NCBI GenBank assembly: GCA_045629405.1
Contig: JAZQRD010000118.1
Coordinates: 158 to 64,157 of the forward strand
Length of the DNA: 64,000 bases
Source of the DNA: Sphingobacterium sp.
GTDB taxonomy: Bacteria; Bacteroidota; Bacteroidia; Sphingobacteriales; Sphingobacteriaceae
Reading direction: 5' to 3'
Shown: piece by piece, positions 63,955 through 64,000 of the stretch
How the letters are laid out: every line of letters begins with the position of its first letter
Numbering within the stretch: position 1 is the first letter of the stretch
Program-made: the position numbers and the translations under genes
The notes under the pieces: generated by a model
Database searches by the model: none
Seen by the model: only the letters and a program-made list of their open reading frames with translations
Told to the model about the DNA's origin: nothing

Positions 63955-64000
63955 GAAGCACTGATAATCAATCAGTTACAAAATTTACACCACAAAATGC

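Overview
AT-rich chromosomal window from a Bacteroidota genome, most likely Sphingobacteriaceae (Sphingobacterium-like). The assignment is inferred from protein families, TAnnTTTG promoters and the lack of SD motifs. It is mostly core genome: rpsF (partial), aroB, gdhA, hisGD, ndh, lplA, icd, plsY, nadC, gpmI, apt, rimP-nusA-infB, PBP1A, rpoN, dcp and tmRNA. No transposase, integrase, CRISPR array, rRNA or tRNA was seen. The main non-coding signals read from the sequence are: a XerC/XerD dif site at 19462-19489 with a degenerate direct copy about 330 bp away, which suggests the replication terminus; a His-rich leader peptide before hisG; three orphan promoter/terminator units that look like unannotated small RNAs, one with a sigma-54-type promoter; CTAA-N5-TTAG SOS-type boxes between a LexA-like repressor and an apparently catalytically dead GIY-YIG gene; and several apparently leaderless genes. 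Unusual proteins include an ATP-cone/Mrr-like nuclease fusion, an ECF sigma factor with a Dma-like trans-envelope anti-sigma, a peptidase/PD40/Omp85 fusion, an orphan TonB-plug protein and a 27-bp repeat Lys/Glu-rich protein. All product calls come from motif recognition, not database searches.
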